From IMG/VR virus record IMGVR_UViG_3300045988_121909: a stretch of 64,000 bases of DNA. One strand, written 5' to 3'. This document shows positions 61,713 through 64,000 of this stretch, piece by piece. The first letter of the stretch is position 1; every line of letters begins with the position of its first letter. The notes below the pieces were generated by a model that had not been told where the DNA came from, did no database searches, and saw only the letters and a list, made by a program, of their open reading frames with translations. This DNA comes from a virus. A program made the translations under genes and the position numbers.

Positions 61713-63725
61713 ATGAAAATTAAAAGAGATGTGCGTAAGTCTGGTCACTATATGCATAGATACCCTGCAGCTAATGCGAAAAATACTAGGGCTGTAAAGA
61801 TAAGCTTTGGTAAAGGCGGAAAACCTAGATCTGCGCAAGATAATAAATATAATATTTACGACAAGTTTGATTACGAAGGTGAGAGATTCTATCGTACCCG
61901 CGATAATATATCAGTCTTCGCTAGTTTGTTAGGAGATTTTGCTCTAGCGCTCAAAACACTCGTCGAACATAACGTTGAAGAAGAATTCGAAGATGGTGTA
62001 TTAGTACACGGGTCATTTATGCCGCTATTTATGGCGTGTCCTGTTTATACGCAAGGCATAGCAAGATGCTACAATGATAAAAAAATAACAAAAGACCACG
62101 AAGATTTATACAGCAATGCTAAAACAGTTTATAATTTTATCAAAGCTGAAAGCTCTCGATTCTTTAATCATTCGTTGAGATTTTTAAATAAAATTGTCGG
62201 TTTTGAGATTATTGAAAAATTAACAAACAATGATGTTAGAGAAAGATTTAATAGAAAAGTTGAGATAGGTACATATCTTTACGTTAAGAAAGAGACTTGG
62301 GAAAATTTTAAAAATAACGAGTATATGCGTCATATACTTTCTTGCGACAATATATACGAAGATAATCTAAACGAGATTTATAAAAGTTTCCACGCATTTT
62401 CAGAAGCATACGCAGAGTACAACAACGGTTTGCTACCAAGAGAGATGTTTTCATTCTATAAGTATAATTCACAGCGTGCAAGAAATGGTCTAGAGCCTAT
62501 CGATTTTGAAGAATATCTTAAAACAAAAGAAGAAGAAGATAGAAAAGCAAAAGAAAAAAGAGACATACGTGTAAGAACTAAAAATATGTCTCTAACATCA
62601 AAAGACATTGAAAGAGATGAAAATTGCGTAGAAGATAGAGTATTCTTAAAGAGCTATCAAGGAAATACACTACGTTTGACATCAAAATACAGCTGCGTAC
62701 CAAAAGTAGATAGACCAAAGCAATACCCAGGTTATACTGGAGTAGATATACACGCAGCAATGCCAAGACTTGCTTATATGATATCGCATGAAGATTACGA
62801 TTCATATGATGGTGATTTTTATGAAGACATCGCTAAAAGAATAAGCGGATCTGATACGCTTAAAAGCTTTACAGGTGAAGTACGTAAAAAGTTTAAGAGC
62901 GAAGTTGTAAAATCTATGAACATATCTAACGGTCATTACACGGGTCGTCAGATGCATGACGTTGAATGTAGATATTTAAATAGAGTAAAACACAATAAAC
63001 CTGTCAGTGATGATTTAGTAAATGATAGAAAAGTATTAGAAGAATTGTTTAAAAATTTAAACATTCCTTTTGATAGTTCTCTTGATAGTTATTTAAAGTA
63101 TACAACATCAATATTTGACGAAGTAAAAAAGATATGTGGTAATAAGCGCTACGGTTGGTTTTACAATGTTCTTGAAAGTAAAATAAATCTACTGATGGCT
63201 GAAAAGCTTGAAGGTGAGTTTTTCCATATCAACTATGATGAGTATGCAATTAAAGATTTTACATACGAGCAGATTATTGATATGTACAGCGACAGCGTAC
63301 AAACAATAGTAAAAGAGGCGAAGCTTGAAAATAAACCGCTAAACTTAGATGATGCAATTCATCACGCTCTCTTTGAACCTACGCCTATTAATAAGAGTAC
63401 ATTGTGCGTAGATGATGATATACTTACATTTAAAAAGTATAAAGATAAGAGTGCTGTAGTCATTCGTCAGTATAAAGATTATTGTGTTGGCATGCATATA
63501 GATGACAATGTGTATTACGCTATTAAAGGTAAAGCGAAAGATATGCAAAAAATGTTATCTGAGATATATGATGTTGACGCTGTAATTGCTACTAATATAA
63601 AAAGCGCAGACAAGCCTTTAAAGAATTTTATTTATAGTGTGCAGTGTAAGAACATAGCAGTAGAGCTGCATAAAGGTTTATGCGATGATACAACGTATGA
63701 CAATCTATATGTCGTTGAATATTAG
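61713..63725 (+). CDS. hypothetical protein (670 aa)
   Basis: ATG after ttaggagtttta; long ORF with no confident motif. Confidence 0.55.
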   Translation: MKIKRDVRKSGHYMHRYPAANAKNTRAVKISFGKGGKPRSAQDNKYNIYDKFDYEGERFYRTRDNISVFASLLGDFALALKTLVEHNVEEEFEDGVLVHGSFMPLFMACPVYTQGIARCYNDKKITKDHEDLYSNAKTVYNFIKAESSRFFNHSLRFLNKIVGFEIIEKLTNNDVRERFNRKVEIGTYLYVKKETWENFKNNEYMRHILSCDNIYEDNLNEIYKSFHAFSEAYAEYNNGLLPREMFSFYKYNSQRARNGLEPIDFEEYLKTKEEEDRKAKEKRDIRVRTKNMSLTSKDIERDENCVEDRVFLKSYQGNTLRLTSKYSCVPKVDRPKQYPGYTGVDIHAAMPRLAYMISHEDYDSYDGDFYEDIAKRISGSDTLKSFTGEVRKKFKSEVVKSMNISNGHYTGRQMHDVECRYLNRVKHNKPVSDDLVNDRKVLEELFKNLNIPFDSSLDSYLKYTTSIFDEVKKICGNKRYGWFYNVLESKINLLMAEKLEGEFFHINYDEYAIKDFTYEQIIDMYSDSVQTIVKEAKLENKPLNLDDAIHHALFEPTPINKSTLCVDDDILTFKKYKDKSAVVIRQYKDYCVGMHIDDNVYYAIKGKAKDMQKMLSEIYDVDAVIATNIKSADKPLKNFIYSVQCKNIAVELHKGLCDDTTYDNLYVVEY

Positions 63726-63726
63726 T

Positions 63727-63840
63727 ACAGTACATCATATTTAATGTTGTTGTTCAAATTCCAACATATTTTGTATGCTGTGTTGTTTACTAAGATGGTT
63801 GAGATGAAATTGTTGTTTGATTGTTTTTATATATTAAGTA
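63727..63840 (+). repeat. ~100-bp intergenic repeat, copy B
   Basis: See 61021-61140. Confidence 0.5.
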
Positions 63841-64000
63841 TAAAAAATTGTATTAGTATTAAATTTATATATTAGTTTATTTAAGAGAGATGTTATAAAG
63901 ATGAAGAAATGTATTGTATGATAGAATTAAATGTATTGAATGTAGCTAAAGTGATTATGAGCTTAGTTGGTAAGAAGAGAAGCGTATCTAAAGTTAGATT

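Overview
This window is an AT-rich, single-strand-coded stretch of a large virulent phage genome: every credible gene lies on the + strand, and minus-strand ORFs are low-complexity noise. The replication and recombination core resembles T4-like phages. It has an SbcD/Mre11-like nuclease, a RecA/UvsX-family recombinase, an NAD-dependent DNA ligase, a RusA-like resolvase, and topoisomerase II subunits (gp39-like with an inserted mini-intein, gp52-like). About 27 tRNA genes sit in five clusters, interleaved with four paralogous zinc-ribbon / PD-(D/E)XK homing-endonuclease-like genes. A multi-enzyme RNA repair toolkit is scattered through the window: an RtcB ligase, a T4 Rnl2-like RNA ligase, a CCA-adding enzyme with a separate HD phosphohydrolase ORF, a P-loop kinase-like protein and a lambda-type phosphoesterase. 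Two IS200/IS605 TnpB genes are present. The first is truncated by the window edge. Its 3'-end / omega-RNA-like segment (~115 nt) recurs twice more as solo copies, each directly behind its own canonical promoter. This suggests trans-acting guide-RNA-like loci, which is the most interesting candidate system here. Gene expression is organised by many repeated terminator-promoter modules, with a consensus of T-run, GTTTACA, about 17 nt, TATAAT. A second conserved 24-bp motif (AGAAGTACAACTAAATAAAAAGAG) occurs in 10 copies and probably marks another promoter class. A family of palindromic MITE-like intergenic repeats is also present. Several gene families of unknown function have expanded, one gene is frameshifted, and one phosphoesterase gene is interrupted by an in-frame TGA. 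Several tRNAs are non-canonical, and there are ORF-free candidate ncRNA loci.
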